A DNA stretch of 47,304 bases from Microgenomates group bacterium RIFCSPHIGHO2_01_FULL_45_11 (GCA_001803465.1 MHDE01000002.1:1-47304), one strand, 5' to 3'; counted from the stretch's first letter, positions 36,226 through 44,375 are shown. Notes: generated from the sequence alone by a model not told the origin. Translations and numbers: made by a program.

Positions 36226-36744
36226 ATGGAACCTGCTCCCATCCCTAAGGACGAAACAGCCAGATTAAAAGCTGTCGAGGACTTGAAACTCCTCGATACC
36301 CCTCCGGAAGAACGTTTCGACCGCATCACTAGTATTGCCTTAAGACTATTTAACGTCCCCATTTCCACTATTACTTTGTTAGACAAAAATCGCGAATGGC
36401 ATAAGTCCTGTCAAGGCTTGGATCAACGTCAATCCGAACGGGCCTACTCCTTTTGTGGGCACGCCTTGTGGCAGGACGATATTTTTATCATCGAAGACGC
36501 CACTAAAGATCCCCGCTTTGCCGATAACCCCATGGTAGTCAACGCTCCTCATATCCGTTTCTATGCCGGCACCTCACTTTTTTCTCTCAATGGCCAACGA
36601 GTTGGCACTCTTTGTATCAAAGATACCAAGCCCAGAAAATTTTCTCCTGAAGATCAACAAATTTTGAAAGATTTGGTAGTTTGGGTTGAATTAGAAGTAA
36701 ACTGGTACAACCTCTCTGCACGCCCCCGCCGTCCTAACTGGTAA
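36226..36744 (+). CDS. Stand-alone GAF domain protein
   Basis: DETARLKAVEDLKLLDTPPEERFDRITSIALRLFNVPISTITLLD..REWHKS...SFCGHAL...DATKDPRFADNPMV...IRFYAGTSL...GTLCI is the canonical GAF sensor pattern. Confidence 0.85.
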   Translation: MEPAPIPKDETARLKAVEDLKLLDTPPEERFDRITSIALRLFNVPISTITLLDKNREWHKSCQGLDQRQSERAYSFCGHALWQDDIFIIEDATKDPRFADNPMVVNAPHIRFYAGTSLFSLNGQRVGTLCIKDTKPRKFSPEDQQILKDLVVWVELEVNWYNLSARPRRPNW

Positions 36745-36796
36745 CCTAGGGTTGAAACCGTTCCAACCAATTATCTAGATATCCGATACCCTGGGG

Positions 36797-37594
36797 CTAT
36801 GGCTTTTGAAATCGTCTGCCTTCTTGAGTAATACATTCTCCGGATTCGAGGTGAATCGAATTAGTCGCTTTCCAGCAATTACCCCAATCGGTTATGGGTG
36901 CCGCCAAAAATTCAAGCGATGCCAACACCGTCTCTTGCTCCTGATTCGGTTGCACTTGGCCGGGAAGAATTATCCGGTAGAGGAAACCATTGTAACTCGT
37001 TTGCAAAACATAGCTTGGCCCCACCGCTTCCGTCGACACCGAATACCCTTCGGGTAGGGCAAACACATGCCAACTTCTGCCCGCCAAAATTCGCTGGCCG
37101 CTGGCTTCAATCTCACCATACGTGGTCGCCGTCAAATTTCCCACCGGTTGCGCCTTAAACTTCATGGCGGAGATACCACCGGCATTAAGACTTACCTCTG
37201 TTCTCTGGGGGTCAGTCAGGGGCGTCACGGCCAGAAACATCGTATCCGGGTAGTCAAAGCTGAAGCCAAAAGTAGTATTGCGGTAGGTATTTGTCCCCGG
37301 TTGCTCAAGGGTAGTGGTCACCGCTCGCTCCACCATTCTTTCTTCAAATTGGAATAGTGCCGTTGGCAGATAGCGCTTGGCGTAAACAATTACCCCGATA
37401 GTGGGAATAGCCAGGATGAGAGGCAGAAGAAATGGTTTCAGGTAATTCCGTTGTAGCTTCTTTTCATGCCATTTCTTCACCGTTTCCGTTTCCGGCTGAC
37501 TTTGTGGACGATAAATAGACTCTTTGCTGCTGGGCAAACGCTCTCCTTCTCTCGGTCTGTAGGCTGGGGGAACTGCAGTAAGTTTTTGGGGCAT
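36797..37594 (-). CDS. Membrane-anchored hypothetical protein
   Basis: 265 aa with one TM (PFLLPLILAIPTIGVIVYA) followed by a soluble domain. Antisense to the rRNA genes. Confidence 0.65.
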   Translation of the reverse strand: MPQKLTAVPPAYRPREGERLPSSKESIYRPQSQPETETVKKWHEKKLQRNYLKPFLLPLILAIPTIGVIVYAKRYLPTALFQFEERMVERAVTTTLEQPGTNTYRNTTFGFSFDYPDTMFLAVTPLTDPQRTEVSLNAGGISAMKFKAQPVGNLTATTYGEIEASGQRILAGRSWHVFALPEGYSVSTEAVGPSYVLQTSYNGFLYRIILPGQVQPNQEQETVLASLEFLAAPITDWGNCWKATNSIHLESGECITQEGRRFQKP

Positions 37595-37639
37595 TAGTGT
37601 CAGTGTAACATACTAGTCTCTCACTCTCTATTCGTATCT

Positions 37640-37995
37640 GGCTGAGTACTCCGGTCTTTAGACCGGAGATGAAAGCCAGAAAGAACATACTGCTTCCCCG
37701 TCAGGGGAATACTACGGCCTTTAGGCCGTAGTAGTTTATTCCAAGAAAGCAGAGAACCCAGGCCTCTTAGGCCTGGGGTGAATGCGGTCTAAATCAATGA
37801 GCGTCAGCGAATTCAAAGCGGGACGTCAAACGTCCCTGCCACGTTTGACGTGGCGGAACATTACGATCCGCCCTGGCGGAGAGTAACATCGGCCAAGTCT
37901 GACTTGGCTTAGATATACTTCTTCTCCCGAAGGGAGAAAACCGAGGCCTCTTTATCCAAAGCAGAGTCGAAGGATTAGGCCTCGGAAGTTTATCA
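37640..37995. repeat. Dense array of at least 10 different short perfect or near-perfect palindromes
   Basis: ctccggtctttagaccggag, ttccccgtcaggggaa, actacggcctttaggccgtagt, cccaggcctcttaggcctggg, gggacgtcaaacgtccc, gccacgtttgacgtggc, tccgccctggcgga, gccaagtctgacttggc, ctcccgaagggag and ccgaggcc...ggcctcgg. Confidence 0.9.
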
Positions 37996-38022
37996 TGTTG
38001 GTATGATAAAATGTTTTAATCT

Positions 38023-38042
38023 GGGCTGGTGGCTCAGTGGCT
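38023..38042 (+). pseudogene. tRNA 5' stub (acceptor arm plus D-arm start) interrupted by a REP-like element
   Basis: gggctggtggctcagtggct has a canonical tRNA 5' end, but no D-stem return, anticodon arm or T arm follows. The REP-like 41-mer begins at 38044. Confidence 0.5.
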
Positions 38043-38112
38043 TGCCCCTCCGAAGTTCTGAGTTAATCGAAGGACGAAGGGGGGTAGACCTGCCCGCCGC
38101 ATTTTTTGAAAT

Positions 38113-38148
38113 GGGCGAATAGCTCAGTTGGTTAGAGCGCGTTCCTGA
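38113..38148 (+). pseudogene. tRNA-Ile(GAU)-like 5' half, truncated inside the anticodon loop
   Basis: gggcgaa ta gctc agttggtta gagc g cgttc ctga matches a tRNA up to anticodon-loop CUGA and then stops. No complementary anticodon-stem strand, T arm or acceptor 3' strand follows. Confidence 0.6.
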
Positions 38149-38175
38149 CCCGCCCGACACGCTTTGACACAATTT

Positions 38176-38250
38176 GGGTGAGTAGTTCAGTGGTAGAACG
38201 CTATCCTGATAAGATAGAGGTCCGTGGTTCAATCCCACGCTCACCCACCA
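38176..38250 (+). tRNA. tRNA-Ile (anticodon GAU), CCA encoded
   Basis: Manual fold: GGGTGAG/CTCACCC acceptor, GTTC-AGTGGTA-GAAC D arm, CTATC-CTGATAA-GATAG anticodon arm, CGTGG-TTCAATC-CCACG T arm, then ACCA. Confidence 0.9.
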
Positions 38251-38294
38251 AATCTCCCTTTGACAAGTTAAGAACACCCAATCATAGTAAAACT

Positions 38295-38537
38295 ATGCTC
38301 AAAGACAAACCGGTGACAGAAAAACGATTGATTACAGTTCTTGCAGATTTTTGGGAAAAGGTCGCCTGGCCTGTGTTAGATAAACGCTTTCAAGAAGAGA
38401 GACAACTGAATCACGGCAACTTCCGAGACATAAAGCGCCAATTAAGCGAGATTAAAACAGATTTGGCCGACACTCCCACGCGACAGGAATTTGCCGAGCT
38501 CAACCAAAGAGTCAATCACCACCTCGCCAGCCATTAA
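38295..38537 (+). CDS. Hypothetical protein (80 aa)
   Basis: Start set at ATG 38295 because the upstream part of the track ORF (38178-) is a read-through of tRNA-Ile. Confidence 0.45.
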   Translation: MLKDKPVTEKRLITVLADFWEKVAWPVLDKRFQEERQLNHGNFRDIKRQLSEIKTDLADTPTRQEFAELNQRVNHHLASH

Positions 38538-38576
38538 TGCTTTGACACCTCACCAGTCCCAGCGTATTCTCAAAGC

Positions 38577-39686
38577 GTGAAAGCTTCTTTCTCCTTGGTA
38601 ATTACCTTTGGTTTAGTAGTCGTCAACTGTCTAGTTTTATACAAACTAAGTATCTCAGCAGGCCTATTTGGCGGCGGGACTCAACTAATTGATTTTGACG
38701 CCTATTATCGCCTCACTGACGAAATCAAACTCGGCCACAATCCTTATACCGTTTCCGCCACTCAAACTCTTGGCCCACCCTCGGTCATCATCCCTTTTAT
38801 CCCTTTTGCCTTTTTTCCTATTCATCTGGCTCGCCAGCTTCTTATCGCTTTAAATCTAGCTGCCGGCCTTGCCCTCTCATGGCAACTCGCTAGACGTCTC
38901 TTTCGGAAGCAATCCCTGACAGCCTTTCTTATTTTGAACGTTATCTTTTGGTCTGCCTTTGTTAGTCGCTATAGCCTGCTCATGGGCCAGCCCAACATTT
39001 TCTTAACCTGGCTCCTCACCCTCTTTCTCACCACCAAAAATCATTCTCTTCAGGGAGTGCTCCTCGGTTTTCTTACCCTTTTTAAAACCTACTTTATTCT
39101 CCTCTGGTTAGCCTTCCGCCGCTTTCCCCAGGTAATTAAAATTGCCCTCGTCACCTTCGTCGGAGTTATAATGATACTGAGCCCTGTCCTCAAACCGGCC
39201 TGGTATCAGTATTATCTCATCAACCGTTTACCCAAACTTTTTACCACCATCCCCATTCCTCAAGACCTTGACTACTACAACCAATCAATCAAAGCCACCG
39301 TTGCCCGCTTTAATGTTCCCACTCTCTATCTTCCTCTCTATATCCTCATCACTGCCCCTTTAGTAGTTAAGGTTATCCGCACCAAGAACGTCTATTTAGC
39401 AGTTACAGTTTCTCTTCTGGCCTCTCCCGTCATCTGGCAATACTATCTCGTTTTTCTTTTTCCCGTCCTGGTTTACTTATCAAGTCGAAAAATCTCACTC
39501 CCTCAAAAACTTCTCCTCGCCGCCGCTTGGCTTTTGTGGTGGCTCAACTTTCCCGTTCTCAACCAACTCCCCAAAACTCTCTGGTCATCCCTTCTCGCCT
39601 CCCACTACCTCATTTCACTATTGTTAATCGCCTTCCTTACCTCAAAAACCCAGAATACGACGAGAATTGACAGAAACCAGTTTTAG
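38577..39686 (+). CDS. Polytopic membrane glycosyltransferase, DUF2029/GT87-like
   Basis: About 10 TM helices. The first loop DFDAYYRLTDEIKLGHNPY is typical of the DUF2029 mannosyltransferase-like family. GTG start. Confidence 0.75.
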   Translation: MKASFSLVITFGLVVVNCLVLYKLSISAGLFGGGTQLIDFDAYYRLTDEIKLGHNPYTVSATQTLGPPSVIIPFIPFAFFPIHLARQLLIALNLAAGLALSWQLARRLFRKQSLTAFLILNVIFWSAFVSRYSLLMGQPNIFLTWLLTLFLTTKNHSLQGVLLGFLTLFKTYFILLWLAFRRFPQVIKIALVTFVGVIMILSPVLKPAWYQYYLINRLPKLFTTIPIPQDLDYYNQSIKATVARFNVPTLYLPLYILITAPLVVKVIRTKNVYLAVTVSLLASPVIWQYYLVFLFPVLVYLSSRKISLPQKLLLAAAWLLWWLNFPVLNQLPKTLWSSLLASHYLISLLLIAFLTSKTQNTTRIDRNQF

Positions 39687-39756
39687 CTTATAATCAAAAT
39701 TCTCCGATAATCAAAATTGATTCCCAGGGAAACATCAGTAAATAGAGTAAAACTAA

Positions 39757-40014
39757 ATGAGAAACTTAACAGAAATCAGCAGGCGTTTTTGCAATTTGTT
39801 CGGCATAATCACTCCCGGCCAAGATAGGGAATTGTGGAATGCAGAAATGGCTGCCGCCCTTAATTTAGTGGAACATTTAAGCACTGGCGGAACCTTGGGT
39901 TTGGAAGGTGAAATCGAAGCCCTAGAGGCGTTGAGAGCTGATCCCCAATTAAAGAGCATCGTGGAAATTACTGACGAAAGCTCTCAAGCAGGTAGTCAAA
40001 GCCAGACGCTTTAG
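39757..40014 (+). CDS. Hypothetical protein
   Basis: 85-aa ORF with no recognisable domain. Confidence 0.4.
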   Translation: MRNLTEISRRFCNLFGIITPGQDRELWNAEMAAALNLVEHLSTGGTLGLEGEIEALEALRADPQLKSIVEITDESSQAGSQSQTL

Positions 40015-40143
40015 AGTTAATCTTGACGAAAGCTATCTAGTTTGTTAGACTAGCCTCGCCTTTAACTATGGTAAATCGCCCAACATCAAAAACACTTTCA
40101 GAGGGGAGACCTCGTCGGCTGTAATCACAGCCTTAATCCTTCA

Positions 40144-40168
40144 ATCTCCTCTTTGAGGAGATTTTTTT
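40144..40168 (+). terminator. Rho-independent terminator
   Basis: 8-bp stem atctcctc / gaggagat, loop ttt, followed by a T7 run. Confidence 0.75.
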
Positions 40169-40224
40169 ATTCCAAAAGGCTTAACAGACCAATTACGGTG
40201 AACCGACCGCAAGATCGGAGGACT

Positions 40225-40301
40225 GGGCCCGTGGCACAACTGGCTAGCGCGCCACATTTGCAATGTGGAGGTTGAGGGTTCGAGTCCCTCCGGGTCCACC
40301 A
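40225..40301 (+). tRNA. tRNA-Ala (anticodon UGC), CCA encoded
   Basis: GGGCCCG/CGGGTCC acceptor with a G3:U70 pair (the Ala identity element), CCACA-TTTGCAA-TGTGG anticodon arm, GAGGG-TTCGAGT-CCCTC T arm, then ACCA. Confidence 0.9.
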
Positions 40302-40580
40302 CGTAAATGATTGATTTTATCAATCAACGTGGTAAACCGTTTAGATCACGAGGTAAGTCTTTATGTAAATGAAGGTTTACCCCGTGATCGCGAAGCGATT
40401 TTACGGGCACCTTAACAAGTCAAGATTTAGAGTGTGATCAGTAGACAGGTAAAACTTCACTACTTTCTTTTTTCTACTCACTACTCATTGTTTACTGTTC
40501 ATTACTCATTGTTTTTTATGTTCTGTAAGATTTCGTCGGAAGAGTCATTGAGCCGCGTTCAGTTTATGAACGTGGCGAAA

Positions 40581-40653
40581 CCCCGTACTTGAGCCCGACT
40601 GCCGATGCGGCTGAATAAGCCGTTAGCGGCATGTCGAACGAATAGTACTGGGA
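40581..40653 (+). promoter_or_regulatory. U element, 23S copy: structured leader module ending ~6 nt before 23S
   Basis: ccccgtacttgagcccgactgccgatgcggctgaataagccgttagcggcatgtcgaacgaatagtactggg. The 15-mer cggctgaataagccg (40608-40622) is identical to 31157-31171. The outer stem is ccccgtact/agtactggg. Confidence 0.75.
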
Positions 40654-40826
40654 AGGATTCAAAGTTATTTCGCTAAGGCAAGTAGTGGATGCCTTGGCAG
40701 AACGTGCCGAAGAAGGACGTACTAGGCCACGAAAGGCGTCGGGGAGTTGCCAAGAAACTGTGATCCGGCGGTGTCCGAATGGGGAAACCCCCGCCTGTGA
40801 AAGCAGGCGGACTCGTGCATAGCACG

Positions 40827-40939
40827 AGGAATTTCTAATTGCTCTAATTTCTAATTTCTAATCAACAACAGGCAAGAATTTTAAATTGTGTTTGGGTGTT
40901 GATTAGGTCAATTAGGTTAATTAGTCATTAAGGAATTTC
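40827..40939 (+). repeat. ORF-less AT-rich hairpin insertion in 23S domain I, flanked by the 9-nt direct repeat aggaatttc
   Basis: aggaatttc occurs at 40827-40835 and 40931-40939. The arms are ctaatt/aattag words and include the 15-mer shared with the 16S insertion. Confidence 0.75.
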
Positions 40940-41052
40940 CCGTGCTGTGCACGGGGGGGTACCCGGGGAACTGAAATATCTTAGTACCCGGAGGAAAAGA
41001 AAACGAATGAGATTCCCTTAGTAAGCGACGAGCGAAAAGGGAACAGCCTAAA

Positions 41053-41345
41053 CCCCTCACTCTTTGTGTTCGATATACTATTAAGCATGTTTTACTTATA
41101 TGTGCTCTTTTCTTCTTTAGGTAAGAAATTTTATATCGGTAGCACATCCGATCTGAGAAAGAGATACACCTCTCACCTTAAAGGAGAAAACTTTGCCACC
41201 AAAAACTTGAAAGATTGGAAATTGGTGTATTACGAAGCGCATCTTTCTCGTAAGCAAGCGTTTCACCGAGAGCAAAGTTTGAAGAAAAGAGCTCAGGCGT
41301 GGCGTGCATTAAAGAAGCGTATCATCGAAGATAAAGAGTGAGGGG
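41053..41345 (+). mobile_element. E2: stem-bounded GIY-YIG cassette in 23S domain I (293 nt)
   Basis: cccctcactcttt (41053-41065) and aaagagtgagggg (41333-41345) are exact reverse complements. The ORF stop lies inside the 3' stem. Confidence 0.85.
41087..41341 (+). CDS. Small GIY-YIG nuclease-family protein, 84 aa
   Basis: MFYLYVLFSSLGKKFYIGSTSDLRKRYTSHL...WKLVYYEAHL..AFHREQSLKK, a paralog of the 16S-borne ORF. ATG 41087 preferred over the track GTG 41066. Confidence 0.8.
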   Translation: MFYLYVLFSSLGKKFYIGSTSDLRKRYTSHLKGENFATKNLKDWKLVYYEAHLSRKQAFHREQSLKKRAQAWRALKKRIIEDKE

Positions 41346-41529
41346 GGTTACAGGACCCTAATGTGGGATAGTGAAGGATAGGATAACCAGCTGGAAAGCT
41401 GGGCCATAGACGGTGACAGCCCCGTGTCCGAAATCCAACATTGCCCTAGGGGTATCCTAAGTACTCTCGGAGACGGCAAACTCCGTTAGGAAGTTGGGGT
41501 GACCACACTCCAAGGCTAAATACACGTTC

Positions 41530-41570
<41 letters not shown>

Positions 41571-41628
41571 AAGGGTGGAAGACCCAGTGAAATAGTACCT
41601 GAAACTACTTGCTAACAAACAGTCAGAG

Positions 41629-41725
41629 CCACGCCACTTTGTTGTTGAATTGACATTTTGGAAGATGAACAAATCATATAATTTGTTTGCCTTCGGAATG
41701 TTTATTCGACGATAAAGTGGCGTGG
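41629..41725 (+). repeat. ORF-less 97-nt hairpin insertion in 23S
   Basis: Closed by the stem ccacgccacttt / aaagtggcgtgg. The interior folds as a long imperfect hairpin. Confidence 0.65.
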
Positions 41726-42355
41726 TGATGGCGTGCCTATTGAAGAATGAGCCGGCGAGTTAACGCCATATCCTTGTCTAAGGTACTTTGTACCGGAGGC
41801 GGAGTGAAAGCGAGCGTGAATAGCGCGTTTTTGGATATAGCGTTAGACCCGAAACCAGGCGAGCTAACTATGGCCAGGGTGAACCCCGAGGAAACTCGGG
41901 GAGAGGCCCGCACCGGTGTGCGTTGCAAGGCGCTCGGATGAGCTGTGGTTAGAGGTAATATGCCAATCGAGCCTGGAGATAGCTGGTTCTCCCCGAAACA
42001 TATCTTGGTATGGGCTTGCGTTAAGCTTGATGGGGGTAGAGCACTGGATGGTCCCGATGGGGAAACCCGTTGGGATCAATCAAACTCCGAATACCGTCAA
42101 GTGTTCCGCAGGACTCAGTCTACCGGGGCTAAGCTCGGTGGGCAAAAGGGAAACAACCCAGACCCTCGTCTAAGGTCTCTAACTCTTTGCTTAGTGGGAA
42201 AGGAAGTCATACTCCAAAAACACCCAGGAGGTCGGCTTAGAAGCAGCCATCCTTGAAAGAAAGCGTAACAGCTCACTGGCCGAGGAATATGGCGCCGAAG
42301 ATTTACGAGGCTTGAAGCAAAGGACCGAAGACAGGGATCTTGTCCGAAGGACAAG

Positions 42356-42475
42356 AATGATGAATAAATACCAATGGCCAATAAGTACCAATAAATACAA
42401 ATGAATAATCAACGGTTGAATCATTCATCATTGGTGCTCATTGGTAGTATTTGACATTTGTCATTCTCGCCCTTC
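42356..42475 (+). repeat. ORF-less ~120-nt AT-rich hairpin insertion in 23S
   Basis: aatgatgaataaataccaatgg... pairs with ...ccattggtagtatttgacatttgtcatt. Sits where E. coli has only a short hairpin before GGTAGGGGAGC. Confidence 0.65.
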
Positions 42476-42656
42476 GGGCGAGGTGGTAGGGGAGCATCCC
42501 GAAGGCAGTGAAGGTGAGCTGTAAGGCTTGCTGGAGCGTTCGGGAGCGAGAATGCCGGCATAAGTAGCGAAAAGCTGGTGAGAATCCAGCTCGCCGTATA
42601 CCCAAGGTTTCCGAAGCAACGTTCGTCAGCTTCGGGTTAGGCGGCCCTAAGGTGAG

Positions 42657-42967
42657 CCCCGCTCTTTCTGTATCTCATTGTGAAAGAGGTATGATGATGT
42701 AGAGGAAGCTATAAACTACGTCTATATACTTCTCCATCGCGTAAACGGAAGACATTACATTGGTTTTAGCTCTGATTTAAAGAGAAGGATTAAAGAACAC
42801 CAAGCGAAGAATAAATACTGGGAGTTGGTATATTACGAAGCTTATCGAGATGAAAAAGAAGCTAGTATCAGGGAAAGTAAACTAAAACAATATGGAAGTA
42901 GTTGGAAACAGCTTCGAAAAAGAATTAAAAAGAGTATGCGATTTGATGAGAGATGGAAAGAGCGGGG
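42657..42967 (+). mobile_element. E3: stem-bounded GIY-YIG cassette in 23S domain III (311 nt)
   Basis: ccccgctctttc (42657-42668) and gaaagagcgggg (42956-42967) are exact reverse complements. The flanks ggccctaaggtgagc / gtagccgatggataacgggttaatattcccgt match the conserved 23S sequence around a hairpin tip. Confidence 0.85.
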
Positions 42968-42971
42968 GTAG
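42711..42971 (+). pseudogene. Third GIY-YIG paralog lacking a canonical start (ATA where the paralogs have ATG)
   Basis: The frame is open from 42684 to TAG 42969-42971 and absent from the ORF track. It reads (I)NYVYILLHRVNGRHYIGFSSDLKRRIKEHQ...WELVYYEAY...ASIRESKLKQ. There is no ATG/GTG/TTG upstream of the GIY motif, and ATA 42711 aligns with the start Met of E1 and E2. Confidence 0.6.
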
Positions 42972-43354
42972 CCGATGGATAACGGGTTAATATTCCCGTT
43001 CTTGGAGTAGTGCGTTATTGGTCTTGATCCGGCTTTGCCGGACCGAGGCTATCAGTTGGGGCAGGACGCAGTTTGCTAGCCTAAGCGTTTTATTGATTTA
43101 GCGTCTAAGCGATTAGATAGATACGGTAGGAAAATCCGCCGTGTCGTTTAACTCGAGTCGTGAATGAGATTCTGGTAGCAATACCGGGAGATTTGGGTGA
43201 CGTAAGCTGCCAAGAAAAGTGTCGCAACGAGCATTATTTCAAGCCGTACCAACAACCGACACAGGTGGGTGAGTCGAGTAGACTAAGGCGAGCGGGGGAA
43301 CCCCCCTTAAGGAATTCGGCAAATTATCTGGGCGTAAGTTCGCAAGATGCCCTT

Positions 43355-43450
43355 CCCGCCACATTAGGGACAAGAGTGTTTACATGATTTAGGTCTTAAA
43401 CCCTAAGGTTAGTGCCTATCAGTATTCATTCGTGTCTCCAATGTGGCGGG
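43355..43450 (+). repeat. ORF-less 96-nt hairpin insertion in 23S
   Basis: Closed by the stem cccgccacatt / aatgtggcggg. Confidence 0.65.
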
Positions 43451-43751
43451 AGACACCAAAAGATTGTAGAGGGACTGTTTAACAAAAACACAGGTCTGTG
43501 CAAACTCGAAAGAGGAAGTATACGGGCTGAGGCCTGCCCAGTGCCGGAAGGTTAACTGAACGTGTGTCCGCCTTTGGTGGACGCATGTGATTGAAGCCCC
43601 GGTGAACGGCAGCAATAACTATAATTGTTCTAAGGTAGCGAAGTTCCTAGTCGCTTAATTAGCGACCTGCACGAAAGGCATAACCACTCTACAACTGTCT
43701 TGAGAGGGGGCCCGGCGAAATTGAAATGGCTGTGAAGATGCGGCCTACTGA

Positions 43752-43785
<34 letters not shown>

Positions 43786-43835
43786 CAACTTGGCATTGAT
43801 ATTTCAGTTGGAATCGTCGAGTATAGGCGGGACCG

Positions 43836-43926
43836 CGCCACATTTTTGCTATTGAAGAATAATAATTGAGTATGATTTGAGACTTTCATCGCGAGTACTC
43901 ATTTCTTCGATGGCAGCAATGTGGCG
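43836..43926 (+). repeat. ORF-less 91-nt hairpin insertion in 23S
   Basis: Closed by the stem cgccacatt / aatgtggcg. The interior hairpin is tgctattgaagaa...ttcttcgatggca. Confidence 0.6.
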
Positions 43927-44375
43927 TGGGTCAGTGGAATACCGCTCGTTCTGGCTAAAATGTCTCACCGACACTGTCTGGAAACGACAGTCGGGACCTT
44001 GTCTGGTGGGCAGTTTAACTGGGGAGGTTACTTGCTAAAGAGTAACGCAAGCGCGCAATGGTACCCTAACTGCGTAAAGAAATCGCAGTGATAGTGTAAT
44101 AGCATAAGGGTGCTTGACTGTGAGACTTACAAGTCGAGCAGGGGCGAAAGCCGGTTATAGTGATCCTCGTGTGCTTTGTGGAAGGCACCGGGCTTATCGG
44201 ATAAAAGTTACCCCGGGGATAACAGAGTAGTCGCACCTAAGCGTCCCTAGCGACGGTGCGGTTCGCTACCTCGATGTCGGCTCAGCGCATCCTGGGGGTG
44301 GAGAAGCTCCCAAGGGTCCGTCTGTTCGTCGGTTAAAGCGCTACGTGAGCTGGGTTCAGAACGTCGCGAGACAGT

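Noticed and set aside
38044-38084. CUGAG...CGAAGGAC...GAAGG element, considered as a hammerhead-type ribozyme
   Set aside because: The hammerhead core (CUGAUGA ... GAAA with three-way junction geometry) is not present. The element only makes a simple two-tier hairpin.
37993-38294. Minus-strand ORF 37993-38277 and the first 39 codons of plus-strand ORF 38178-38537
   Set aside because: They run through the tRNA stubs and tRNA-Ile. The plus-strand gene is better started at ATG 38295.
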